Of a stretch of DNA of 64,000 nucleotides, positions 18,003 to 27,200 are shown one piece after another. Each line of letters begins with the position of its first letter. Positions within the stretch are counted from its first letter, which is position 1. The translations under genes were made by a program, and so were the position numbers. The notes under the pieces were generated by a model. The model saw nothing but the letters and a program-made list of their open reading frames with translations. It ran no database searches and had not been told where the DNA came from. This DNA comes from a virus, in IMG/VR virus record IMGVR_UViG_3300048924_000619, positions 30,138 to 94,137 of that record; one strand, written 5' to 3'.

Positions 18003-19082
18003 CTAAGCGACCGCCTCGTCCGCCGCCCGGCCGACCTGCGGCTGGCGCTGACCGTACCGGAACCGGTCCTTCAGCTTCAGAATGGGTTGCTCGAGCACCA
18101 CCCACGACAGCGACGCGATAGCGACGGCGACAAGGAAGCATGCCGCGATGCGCGGGTAGATGGTCAGGCTGTCGTGGCTAAGCCGATCGACCAGCAGGGC
18201 GGCCACGCCATGATAGAGGTAGAGGCCGTAGGAGCGGCGACCGAGGTACTGCAGCGGCGCCCAGTTCAGCCAAGCAAAGCGGCGCTCATGCTGGCGCTGG
18301 ACAACCGCGCCGAGGATAGCGAACGAGAACAGCCCGACTGCGAGGTTGAAGCCGACGCCGATGAGCGGCAGGTGGGACCGGCCCACCGTGATGGCCGCGT
18401 ATCCAAGCAGGCCCGACACACCGATTAGCGCCAGCGTCTTGGTCGGAATACGATCGGTCTGCGTGATCGACGCGAGCAGGGCGCCCAAGCACAAGGTGTC
18501 CAGGCAGGACGGGAGCAGCACAGCGCTCTGGGTCTGGAGGTCGAAGCCTGCGAGGCCAAGGCCGAGGCGGAACGCGAGCGAGATCCCGATCAGGCCGAAG
18601 AGCAGGGGCCGAAACGCGGCGCGCGGCGTTAGGAACACGACCGCAGGCCACAGAAGATAGAACTGCTCTTCGACGGCCAGGGACCAGAGGTGGCCGGTGG
18701 CGTGACCCCATTCCGCATTCTTGAAGACGTAGAAGTTGGAGAGGTAGGCTAGGTGCCACGGCATGCCGGATGCGAGGTGGTGGCCGAGTAGGCCTGCCAC
18801 GATGAACACCGCCAGCAGAGCGTAGTAGGGCGGGAAGATCCGCAGCGTTCGGCGGGCGTAGAAGGTCTTCATCTCCTCCCAGAAGCTGTCGCCGGCGTCG
18901 AGCCGGCCTCGACCCTTCAGCAAGATACCGGTGATCAGGAAGCCGGAGATCACGAAGAATAGGCGGACGCCGAAGCCGCCGGGGCTGAACTGCTGGATCC
19001 AGGAGGGACCCCAATGGGTCAGCATCACGCCTGAGACCGCTAGGGCCCTGAGCCCGTCGATTTCGGTCCACTTCTTTTCCAC
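18003..19082 (-). CDS. acyltransferase-3 (OafA-like) membrane O-acyltransferase
   Basis: IDGLRALAV, GVRLFFVISGFLIT, FYARRTLRIFP, HLWSLAVEEQFY, LGRRSYGLYLYH, LEQP. Confidence 0.93.
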   Translation of the reverse strand: MEKKWTEIDGLRALAVSGVMLTHWGPSWIQQFSPGGFGVRLFFVISGFLITGILLKGRGRLDAGDSFWEEMKTFYARRTLRIFPPYYALLAVFIVAGLLGHHLASGMPWHLAYLSNFYVFKNAEWGHATGHLWSLAVEEQFYLLWPAVVFLTPRAAFRPLLFGLIGISLAFRLGLGLAGFDLQTQSAVLLPSCLDTLCLGALLASITQTDRIPTKTLALIGVSGLLGYAAITVGRSHLPLIGVGFNLAVGLFSFAILGAVVQRQHERRFAWLNWAPLQYLGRRSYGLYLYHGVAALLVDRLSHDSLTIYPRIAACFLVAVAIASLSWVVLEQPILKLKDRFRYGQRQPQVGRAADEAVA

Positions 19083-19109
19083 GCGACGCCCCCGAAAATG
19101 TCTACCGGC

Positions 19110-19137
19110 ATACTAACCGCGCGAATGGCGATCGCAA
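19110..19137 (-). promoter_or_regulatory. possible sigma70-type promoter for the acyltransferase
   Basis: TTGCGA-N16-TAGTAT on the minus strand, ~28 nt before GTG 19082. Confidence 0.35.
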
Positions 19138-19178
19138 CCAAAAATTCAACCTTCGGCAGAGTGCCGACGATAAGGCCT

Positions 19179-19200
19179 GTCGTGACCGCATATTCGGATT
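19179..19200 (+). promoter_or_regulatory. GTCGTGAC-N3-A-N3-T promoter (near-leaderless)
   Basis: GTCGTGAC cgcAtatTcggatt, then GCG, then ATG 19204. Confidence 0.75.
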
Positions 19201-19203
19201 GCG

Positions 19204-20847
19204 ATGGTCAAGTCGACGAATTCCAAAAAACAGATGGCGGCCGATCTCTCGGAGGCTCCTGATGTCGAGCGCCATGACGAGATCTATTTCCGCCATGCGT
19301 CGGGTCCCAAAACAGGGAAGGTGCTCTCCCGCGGCGCGCACGGCTGCGTCATCGAAGCGGACGGCTCCAGACACAAGGTGCGGTGGGAGAACTTCCTCGG
19401 CCACAAGGTGCGCGTCCGGCCCGACGTAAGGGTCGTCGATAAGGGCGAGGATGGGTTCCTGGTCGAGAGCCGCGCCGGCGAGCGCCGGTTCGTGCGCGAC
19501 CCGATGGGCGAGGTGAAGGCCGACGGCCCGGCGATGCGGAAGGCGCTGCGTCCTACCGTCCTGTTCTTTGCTGAGCCCGAAGTGCTCGCGAAAGCCATGG
19601 GAAGGGGGATCAAGAATCGGCCGGGCCTGAGCCTGCAGGACGTGACCGATAAGAGCGGCCGGCACACCAAGCGCTGGAAGCGCTCCGGGGGCGATGCGGG
19701 CGGCGCCGATGGAGACGACGGCGAGGCCGGAGCTGAGCACGGCTATGGCACGCACAACCTGCGGCCCGGCGACCACGTGCAGTTCGAGGCGGGCGACTTC
19801 AGCGGTGAAGGCGAGATTGTCGGCGCGCCCGGCCGCGATGGCGCCTATGTCCGCGACAAGTCCGGGCGTGATCACCGCGTCCTTTGGTCAGAGGTGCGTG
19901 CCCACCGGCCGCAGCCAGGCGCGGCCGGCCCGAAGGCCGAGCACGAGGTGCGCGGCAGTCAGGACCCCATCGAGCCCGACAAGTTCAGCGCCGCCGACTA
20001 CGCGCGGTCGCACGACGACGACAAGGTGACGCCGGAGAGTGTGCTCAGCCACTTCCCGCCGGACACCGGCGAAAAGATCCACGCGGCGCAGGATCGGCTG
20101 GCCACCCTCGAGGAGACCTACAAGACGCACCGCCTGACCGGCGAGGGCGAGGACTCGATCTACGCCGACAGCCGGGCGCCCGTGCACGCCAGTGTGCTGT
20201 TCGAGCCCTGGACCGACCCGAAGGGGAAAACGCACCCGGGCATCCTGTCTCCGGAGGAGGTGGAGCGGGCGACTCCGAAGGACGGCGAACAGCCTACCTT
20301 CATGCTGCTTGGCGGCCGCGGCGGGTCCGGCAAGAGCAAGCTCAAGGGGCGCGTCTACGACCCGAGCAAGTACCTCGTCCTGGACGCCGACGAGTTCAAG
20401 CAGCGCCTCCCGGAATATGAGGGCTGGAACGCCGGGCAGGTGCACGAGGAGTCGTCCGACCTGTTGGAGCGCGCACTCTCGTTCGCGAAGCTGCACGGGC
20501 TGAACGTCGTGCTCGACGCGACCATGAAAACCTCCAAGGGCGCGATGAAGAAGGTCGATGCGTTCAAGGAGGCTGGATACCGGATCGAGGCGCATTACAT
20601 GCACCTGCCGCGTCAGGAGGCCGCCAAGCGGGCCGTTTCCCGATTCCTGGGGGCAACGCAGCGCTACGTGCCGGTGGACGTCGTGCTTGGGAACACGTCC
20701 AACGAGCAGACATTTGACGAAGTGCGTAAGCACGCCGATGCTTGGTCCTTCCACGACAACAACGTCGGCGAGAAGGACGAGCCAAAGCTCATTTCCAAGG
20801 GTGAGCAGTCCGCGGCCGTTGCGGCCGGGCGCCGCCATCGGTCTTGA
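19204..20847 (+). CDS. zeta-toxin-like P-loop kinase with N-terminal SH3/KOW-like modules
   Basis: LLGGRGGSGKS, LDADEFK, VHEESS, NVVLDATM, RAVSRF...RYVP. Confidence 0.8.
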   Translation: MVKSTNSKKQMAADLSEAPDVERHDEIYFRHASGPKTGKVLSRGAHGCVIEADGSRHKVRWENFLGHKVRVRPDVRVVDKGEDGFLVESRAGERRFVRDPMGEVKADGPAMRKALRPTVLFFAEPEVLAKAMGRGIKNRPGLSLQDVTDKSGRHTKRWKRSGGDAGGADGDDGEAGAEHGYGTHNLRPGDHVQFEAGDFSGEGEIVGAPGRDGAYVRDKSGRDHRVLWSEVRAHRPQPGAAGPKAEHEVRGSQDPIEPDKFSAADYARSHDDDKVTPESVLSHFPPDTGEKIHAAQDRLATLEETYKTHRLTGEGEDSIYADSRAPVHASVLFEPWTDPKGKTHPGILSPEEVERATPKDGEQPTFMLLGGRGGSGKSKLKGRVYDPSKYLVLDADEFKQRLPEYEGWNAGQVHEESSDLLERALSFAKLHGLNVVLDATMKTSKGAMKKVDAFKEAGYRIEAHYMHLPRQEAAKRAVSRFLGATQRYVPVDVVLGNTSNEQTFDEVRKHADAWSFHDNNVGEKDEPKLISKGEQSAAVAAGRRHRS

Positions 20848-21047
20848 CAGCGAATGTCTACCGGTATACGCGTGAATTGAGGCCAAGGGTTAGAGAGATG
20901 GATAGGCCAGAAATCTACGACGACTACGACGTGCGGCCCGGCCCGGATAAGGTCCGGCCTGAAGCCGACGCCTACTGGGCGAAGGTCATGGCGGCGGCCA
21001 AGAAGCCTGCCGAGACCAAGCCCCAGAAGAAGCGGCGGGCGGCCTGA
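20844..21047 (+). CDS. small hypothetical protein (start may be ATG 20898)
   Basis: Coupled to both neighbours by TTGA and TGATG overlaps. Confidence 0.5.
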   Translation: MTANVYRYTRELRPRVREMDRPEIYDDYDVRPGPDKVRPEADAYWAKVMAAAKKPAETKPQKKRRAA

Positions 21048-21610
21048 TGCTGTCGAGCCGGTACGCAGACGCCGTCGCCTACGCGACCGACGCGCACGCC
21101 GGACAGGTCCGCAAAGGGACCTCGATCCCCTACATCACGCACCCCATCGCGGTTTCTGCGCTCGTCCTGGAGTTCGGCGGCGACGAGGACTTGGCCATAG
21201 CGGGCGTTCTGCACGACGTGGTCGAGGACTGCGGCGTGACGGTGGACGACCTGATGGGGAAGTTCGGTGAACGGGTCGCGGACCTCGTTGAGGCCTGCAC
21301 CGACGGCGTACCGGACGAGACCGGCCGCAAGCCAGCATGGCGGACCCGCAAGGAGACCTACCTTAGCCACCTGCAGACCGCATCCGCCGACCTCCTGCTC
21401 GTCTCGATCTGCGACAAGATCCACAATGCACGGGCTATCGAAGCGGATCGGTCCACCATCGGCGACGCGGTGTTCGACCGCTTCACAGCCGGCCGGGCCG
21501 GGACCTACTGGTACTATTGGGCCCTGCACGACGTCTTCAAGGCGCGGCTTGGTGAGATGGCGGCGCCGGTCGTCGCGCTGCGCACGGCGCTGAACCGCAC
21601 CTACAACTAA
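21047..21610 (+). CDS. HD-domain hydrolase, small alarmone hydrolase/Mesh1-like
   Basis: HAGQVRKG..PYITHP, AGVLHDVVED, DKIHN. Confidence 0.85.
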   Translation: MLSSRYADAVAYATDAHAGQVRKGTSIPYITHPIAVSALVLEFGGDEDLAIAGVLHDVVEDCGVTVDDLMGKFGERVADLVEACTDGVPDETGRKPAWRTRKETYLSHLQTASADLLLVSICDKIHNARAIEADRSTIGDAVFDRFTAGRAGTYWYYWALHDVFKARLGEMAAPVVALRTALNRTYN

Positions 21611-21619
21611 GCCTCTCCT

Positions 21620-21641
21620 GTCGTGACCTTAGCGTCGGCTC
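21620..21641 (+). promoter_or_regulatory. GTCGTGAC promoter, leaderless
   Basis: GTCGTGAC cttAgcgTcggctc ATG; 14 nt spacer. Confidence 0.8.
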
Positions 21642-22802
21642 ATGGGCCGACCGCTTCTTCTCGACATCGCCTGCCTTTGCGACGAGCACAGCGACGCTGC
21701 GCTTGAGGGGATCTACAAGGCGATCGGCGAAGAGCCGCCTGACGGCGACATCTGGGCCGAGCATCCGAATCCCTTCGTCCGACGCATCGTCGAGCTCTTT
21801 ACGCAGCGTGGCCTCGACCGCATCCAGGGCCTGCGCGCCGAGCTGACGCGCTGGCTGCGTGGCGAAGAGCATCAATCGACGCCTGAAGCTCCAACCCTGC
21901 GCCCCGATGGCGCGATGCGCCGCTGGGACGCGACCGAGCTTGGCGTCGTCCGCCTCTATCTCCGCAACCTGCCGGCCGGCGAGTTCGCGATCGACGACTG
22001 GATGCTGCTCGTTGACTACCTCGTGCAGCGCTACCTGCCGGAGGCGGACCTCCGCAGCGAAGCCGACTGGTTGGCCACGCGCTCCGGGCTCATGGGTCGC
22101 GTGCAGGCTGCGATGGGCGAGGCCAAGCCGGAGCAAGTGGACGTCATCCTGGCGACGCTCCCGAGCCTTGAGGACGCTATCGCCAGCTGGGGCATGACGG
22201 CGCCGCAGCGAGCGGCCATCGACTACGGGCGGGCGCGCTGCGCCGAGAGCGTCACGGGCCTCGCCGATTCCACCCGCCACCGGCTCCGGCGGATGGTGGT
22301 CGACCATCAAGAGGCGATCCACCTCGGCGATCGCGCCGCCGCAGCGCACGACATCCAGACGAAGCTGCTCGACGAATTCGGCCTCCTATCGCGCGACTGG
22401 CGGCGCATCGCCGTCACAGAGGCCACCGAAAACACCAATCAGGGCTTCATCGCCTCCATGCCGCCAGGCGCGCGGGTGCGCCGCGTCGAAAAGTACCGCG
22501 GGGCCTGCCCGTTCTGCCGCTCAATCGACGGGAAGGTCGTCACGGTCGTCTCGCCGACGGCGCCGGACAAGGACGGCGAGACGCAGATCTGGGTCGGAAA
22601 GACGAACGTCGGCCGGTCGGCCAGCCCGCGCAAGCGCGCCGGCGGAGCGCTCGTCGAGCGGGAGCCTCACGAAATGTGGTGGGTCGCCGCTGGCGCGATG
22701 CATCCGCACTGCCGCGGGGCCTGGGTCAAGGCCGGCGGTGCGTCGGCGGATCCAGAGTTTGAAGCCTTCCTCGAAAACCTCGGAAAGCGGAAGTCCACAT
22801 GA
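21642..22802 (+). CDS. MuF/SPP1 gp7-like head morphogenesis protein
   Basis: RDWRRIAVTE, ACPFC, HPHCRG. Confidence 0.8.
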   Translation: MGRPLLLDIACLCDEHSDAALEGIYKAIGEEPPDGDIWAEHPNPFVRRIVELFTQRGLDRIQGLRAELTRWLRGEEHQSTPEAPTLRPDGAMRRWDATELGVVRLYLRNLPAGEFAIDDWMLLVDYLVQRYLPEADLRSEADWLATRSGLMGRVQAAMGEAKPEQVDVILATLPSLEDAIASWGMTAPQRAAIDYGRARCAESVTGLADSTRHRLRRMVVDHQEAIHLGDRAAAAHDIQTKLLDEFGLLSRDWRRIAVTEATENTNQGFIASMPPGARVRRVEKYRGACPFCRSIDGKVVTVVSPTAPDKDGETQIWVGKTNVGRSASPRKRAGGALVEREPHEMWWVAAGAMHPHCRGAWVKAGGASADPEFEAFLENLGKRKST

Positions 22803-23041
22803 GGAACAACGTCAACGGCGACGATATCAAGGTGAGCCGCGGGTCGCTCGCCGACCACATGGACGCATACGACGCCCTGCCTCCGCGCATCCGCTGCCTT
22901 CTGGCAGGAATGTCGATCAACTGGAATGGTCACAACGTCCTGAAGGTCTACGACCTCCACGGCGAGCAGACGACGGCTGCGCTGCTGATGAAGACGGAAG
23001 CAGACGTCCAGAACGCCTACCGCGAACGGCTCCGCCTGTGA
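22799..23041 (+). CDS. hypothetical protein
   Basis: ATGA and GTGA overlaps with neighbours. Confidence 0.6.
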   Translation: MRNNVNGDDIKVSRGSLADHMDAYDALPPRIRCLLAGMSINWNGHNVLKVYDLHGEQTTAALLMKTEADVQNAYRERLRL

Positions 23042-23550
23042 GCCTCCCCGTTGTCTTGCTTCGGCTGGATCTGACCGAACCCAGTCAGGCCCAACTGCGG
23101 TCTGGGCGCTACCCGAAGCGGCGCGTGCAGTGGAAGGGGCTGACGCTCGCGATCGAGAACGAGGCGGGGACCTATCGGCGCGGCCGCAAGCCGGACGGGG
23201 CCGAATGGGAAACGCTGATGCACTTCGCCTACGGCGAGGTGCTGCGGACCGAGGGCGTCGACGGAGATCCGGTTGACGTGTTCCTCGGGCCCTTCATGGA
23301 AGTCGCGCCGCTGGTCTACGTCATCCACCAGCGCAAGGTCGGCGCCTGGGACGAATACGACGAGGATAAGTGCATGCTCGGCTTCATGTCAGAGCAGGAC
23401 GCGATTGACGCCTTCCTGTCGTCCTATGATGACCCGCGGTTCCTGGGCCCGATTACCCCGATGCCAGTGGCGGAGTTCGTAGCGAAGGCGAGGGCGACCC
23501 GCACGGCGCCGGCGATGATCAAGGCCGCGCCTCTTCTCATTTTCCCCTGA
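23038..23550 (+). CDS. inorganic pyrophosphatase-like (InPase) domain protein
   Basis: IENEAG..R.G, YGEV..TEGVDGDPVDVF, DEDKCMLGF. Confidence 0.8.
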   Translation: MSLPVVLLRLDLTEPSQAQLRSGRYPKRRVQWKGLTLAIENEAGTYRRGRKPDGAEWETLMHFAYGEVLRTEGVDGDPVDVFLGPFMEVAPLVYVIHQRKVGAWDEYDEDKCMLGFMSEQDAIDAFLSSYDDPRFLGPITPMPVAEFVAKARATRTAPAMIKAAPLLIFP

Positions 23551-23551
23551 A

Positions 23552-23589
23552 CAAAGAAAAAGCCGGGCGAGGTGACTCGCCCGGCTTCT
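23552..23589 (-). terminator. intrinsic terminator between convergent genes
   Basis: AGCCGGGCGAG-GTGA-CTCGCCCGGCT with U-tract on the minus strand. Confidence 0.8.
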
Positions 23590-23609
23590 GCTTGCGCGCT
23601 GTCCGCTGA

Positions 23610-24167
23610 TTAGGCGGCGGCAGGCTCCGCGGCCGGATCGGCGTCGGCAGGGGCTTCCGGAGCCGGATCGGCGACCGGAGCTTCCTCGGGGGCGTCGGCC
23701 GGAGCGTCCGCGACCGGGGTTTCCACCGGAGCTTCAACCGGGGCGTCGACCGGGGCCGGCTCGGGCGCCGGTTCCGGGGCGGGCTCGGGGGCCGGGGTGG
23801 GTTCCGGCGTCGGGACCACGTCGGACCCGGAGCTGCCGGCGACCGTATCGCTGCCCGCGGGGGCGGCCACGGTGTCTTCGCCTTCGATCAGGCCGTCGAT
23901 GGTCTTCAGGCCGGCGTCGACGTCGTCGGCGCGGCTTTCGAGGGCGCCCGTACGCGCCTCCACGGCGGCGAGGCGGGCTTCCACCGCGCCAAGGGCGGCG
24001 GCGACGGCGTCTTCAGCCTGGGCGGTGATCGAGGCGGTGATAGTGCCTTCGAACTGTTGGAGCTCGTTGGTCAGTTCGAGGATCTCGCTGCGCGCGACGT
24101 CGTCGACGCTCGAGGCGTGCAGGATCTTCTGCAGGGCGACGCCGATGCGGGTGTAGATGCTGGGCAT
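23610..24167 (-). CDS. coiled-coil protein with acidic P/A/E repeat tail
   Basis: Likely start ATG 24167 (MPSIYTR) with SD GGAGA and own GTCGTGAC promoter; PAPE/APAD repeats. Confidence 0.7.
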   Translation of the reverse strand: MPSIYTRIGVALQKILHASSVDDVARSEILELTNELQQFEGTITASITAQAEDAVAAALGAVEARLAAVEARTGALESRADDVDAGLKTIDGLIEGEDTVAAPAGSDTVAGSSGSDVVPTPEPTPAPEPAPEPAPEPAPVDAPVEAPVETPVADAPADAPEEAPVADPAPEAPADADPAAEPAAA

Positions 24168-24214
24168 GTGGTGAAATTCTCCGGGATGGAATCGGGTGAG
24201 GGGCCCCCTCAGGC

Positions 24215-24236
24215 CGACCGACCTTCCTGTCACGAC
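24215..24236 (-). promoter_or_regulatory. GTCGTGAC-N3-A-N3-T promoter (divergent, minus strand)
   Basis: GTCGTGAC aggAaggTcggtcg on the minus strand. Confidence 0.7.
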
Positions 24237-24268
24237 GCTCTGGTCTAGGTGTCGCGTGTAGCTGAGCG

Positions 24269-24290
24269 GTCGTGACCCGAATCTCGGGTC
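24269..24290 (+). promoter_or_regulatory. GTCGTGAC promoter, leaderless
   Basis: GTCGTGAC ccgAatcTcgggtc ATG; 14 nt spacer. Confidence 0.8.
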
Positions 24291-27200
24291 ATGCTGCTGC
24301 TCCTGATGAAGGCCGATCAGCTCGGCCTGTTCGAAAAGCTCGTGCCCGTGAAGGCGAGCATCAGCTCGTCTGGCCGTCTGATCTCCGCGCACACGGCGAT
24401 CCGGCACGTCCGGCGCGTCGAGCCGACGAAGCGCCATGCCGAGGTGCTCGACCTCTTCGGACACGCGCCGCAGCCGAAGCCGGCCCTGGTCACGCCGAAG
24501 AAGCCCGCGCCGGCACCGCAGGCGGACCTGTTCGAGCATCGGCCGGATCCGCCGAAAGCCGACCTCAACGGCATGATGGCGCGGTCGCGCGATCAGCGCT
24601 TGGCGCGCGAGGCCAAGGCGAAGGAGATCGGTGCCGGCGTCGGGTCGGTCAAGCTGAAGCATGCTGACGGTCGCGCCGCGCTGCTTTCCCCGGATCTGCA
24701 ACGCGACGGCGGCTGGCGATTCACCCGCCTGGATGCCGACGGGCCGGTGGGCCACTCCGAGTACGACAGCAAGGAGGCCGCCGCTGCGGAGGCGCTGCGT
24801 GCCGGGTACTCAACCGACGCGCCGGAAGCGATCCAGCCGCACGCGCCGTTAGAACCGGCGGTCAGCCTCCAAAATCAATTACCCGCCTCCGGAATCGATT
24901 ACTCCGAGGGCCTGCCGGCCGAGCTTCCTGCTTTCGGCGTCGCGCCGGGGACGACCAAGGGCGAGCGACGGGCGATCAATGCGCTGGCCGCCTCAATGGT
25001 CAACGGCCGGAAGTCCCTGCTCGACGAGGCGCCGGCACCGGTCAATCCGGAGGTGCTCCGTCAATATTCGGGCTGGGGCGGCTGCGGCGACAGCCTGAAC
25101 GAGTTCTACACCGATCCGAACGTGGCCGCGGCCATGTGGTCCGTCCTCCATCGCATGGGCCTGGGGGAGGGCGCGAGCGTCCTGGAGCCGTCCTGCGGCA
25201 CGGGCGTCTTCCTCGAGCTGGCGCCGAAGGGCGTCAAGGTCACAGGAGTCGAGCTCGACGAAACCAGCTCCAAGATCGCGGCCACCCTGCACCCGACCCA
25301 CGAGGTGGTGAATTCCGCCCTCGAGGCTTTCGCGACGACCGACACGCGCCAGTTCGACGCGGTGATCGGCAACCCGCCGTTCGGCGATAGCCGTGGCTCC
25401 CTGGTTGCGGCCGACAAGCCGGACATCAGCCGGCCCGAGCAATATTTCGTCGATACCGCGCTGGACAAGGCGCGCGCCGGCGGCCTGGTCGCGCTCGTGC
25501 TGCCGACCGGGATCTTGGACAGTCGGTCTGCGCGCAAGCTGCGGGATCGCTGGATCCGCAAGGGCCAATTCCTCGGCGCCCTGCGCATGCCGAACACCGC
25601 GTTCGAGGCCAGCCACACGGGCGTGACCACGGACGTCGTGTTCTTCCGCAAGCGGCCAGACGAGGTCGCCGGCGCGCTGTCCGTGGTCGATCGCGACACC
25701 CTGAAACTGCTCGGCGCCTGGGACGAGGAATTCGTCGGCGGCGGCTACTTCAGCGGCCGCGGTGAGGGCAACATCCTTGGCACGCTGGAAGCCGGGTGGC
25801 GCTCCAAGGCCGGCATGGGCGACGACATCACCGTGGCAGGGTCGATGGTGGGCGTCCCGGAGGCGATCGCCAGCTTTGAGCCTGAACAGCCGTCGGGCCC
25901 GACGGGCGTGGAGGAGGTGCTCGGCGCCGTCCAGGACCAGGATCTGAAGGCTCGCATCCGCGGCGCGGCCGCGCGCAAGCCCTACGATCAGGCGAAGCGC
26001 GGCGACACCCGGGTCATCGACGGCGTGACGTACGTCCTGGAGGGCTCGCCGCTCCGCTGGCATCGCGTGGACGAGTTCATGGCGGAGCAGGCCGTCGTCG
26101 ACGCCGGCGCGCTCGGCGCCGACATCGAACGCGCGGTGCAGGGCGAAGACGTGCCCGGCCTGGCGGACCGCGTTCGCGCCTATGTCTCGGCGCACGGGAT
26201 CCCGGCGAAGAATCCGAACCTCGTCATAGCGGCAAAGCAGGACAAGGCGATATATCGCCTGCTCGGCGCCGTTAAGCAGGACGGCTCGCTCTCTGACGTT
26301 GTCGAGGGCCGTCGCGAGTCCGCCGCCGTCTCCAACTTTGACACGGCGGCGAAGACCCTCGCCCTGGAAGTCGGCTACTTCTCGCCCTCCATGGTCGCCG
26401 GCCGCTGGCATGGCGGGACCGAGGATGTGGTGCTCGACCACCTCTATGCCTCGCCAGACTATGCGATCGATCCGCGCAGCGGGACCTGGACGAGCCTCGA
26501 CCAGTACCTCTCCGGCGAGCTCTGGCCGAAGTACGACGACGCGAAAGCGGCGCTGGCCGAATCCGACTTGAAGCCGGAAGACCGGGCGAAGATCGAACGC
26601 CAGCTGGCCGCGCTGGACGAGGCGATTGCGCCGAAGTCGCTGGAGGACGTCGAGATCCAGGTGAATAGCGGCTTCGTGCCGCTGAACGTCGTGTCGGCTT
26701 TCTTCAACGAGGTCCACCCGTCGAGCTACGGCGACAAGACGCCGATGACCATCACCTATGACGAGGGCGTCTTCGCCGTCATGGGTGGCGGCTACGAGGC
26801 GCACACGCTGCGCAAGTACCTGAACCGCGACGGCGTGCGGAAGGACGACGATCTGCCGACGATCGAACGGTGGAACCGGGCATTCAAGGAGTGGCTCTGC
26901 GCCTCCGCCTATCGCGACGAGGTCGAGGAGCTCTACAACCGGAAATTCCGAGGCTTCCGCCAGAAGGCCTATTCGGAGGAAGCGTTCGAGGTTCCAGGCC
27001 TGCGGTCCGACGGCCTGAAGAGCTACCAGTGGAGCGGGCTGCGCTGGGCTCTGGAGGCCGGCAAGGGGATCATCGCGGCCGACGTTGGCCTGGGGAAGAC
27101 GGCCCGCGCGCTGATCCTCAACAAGCTGATGAAGATCACGGGGCAGGCCAAGCGCCCCATGATCGTGGTCCCGAAGTCCGTGGCGGCCAACTGGATGCGC

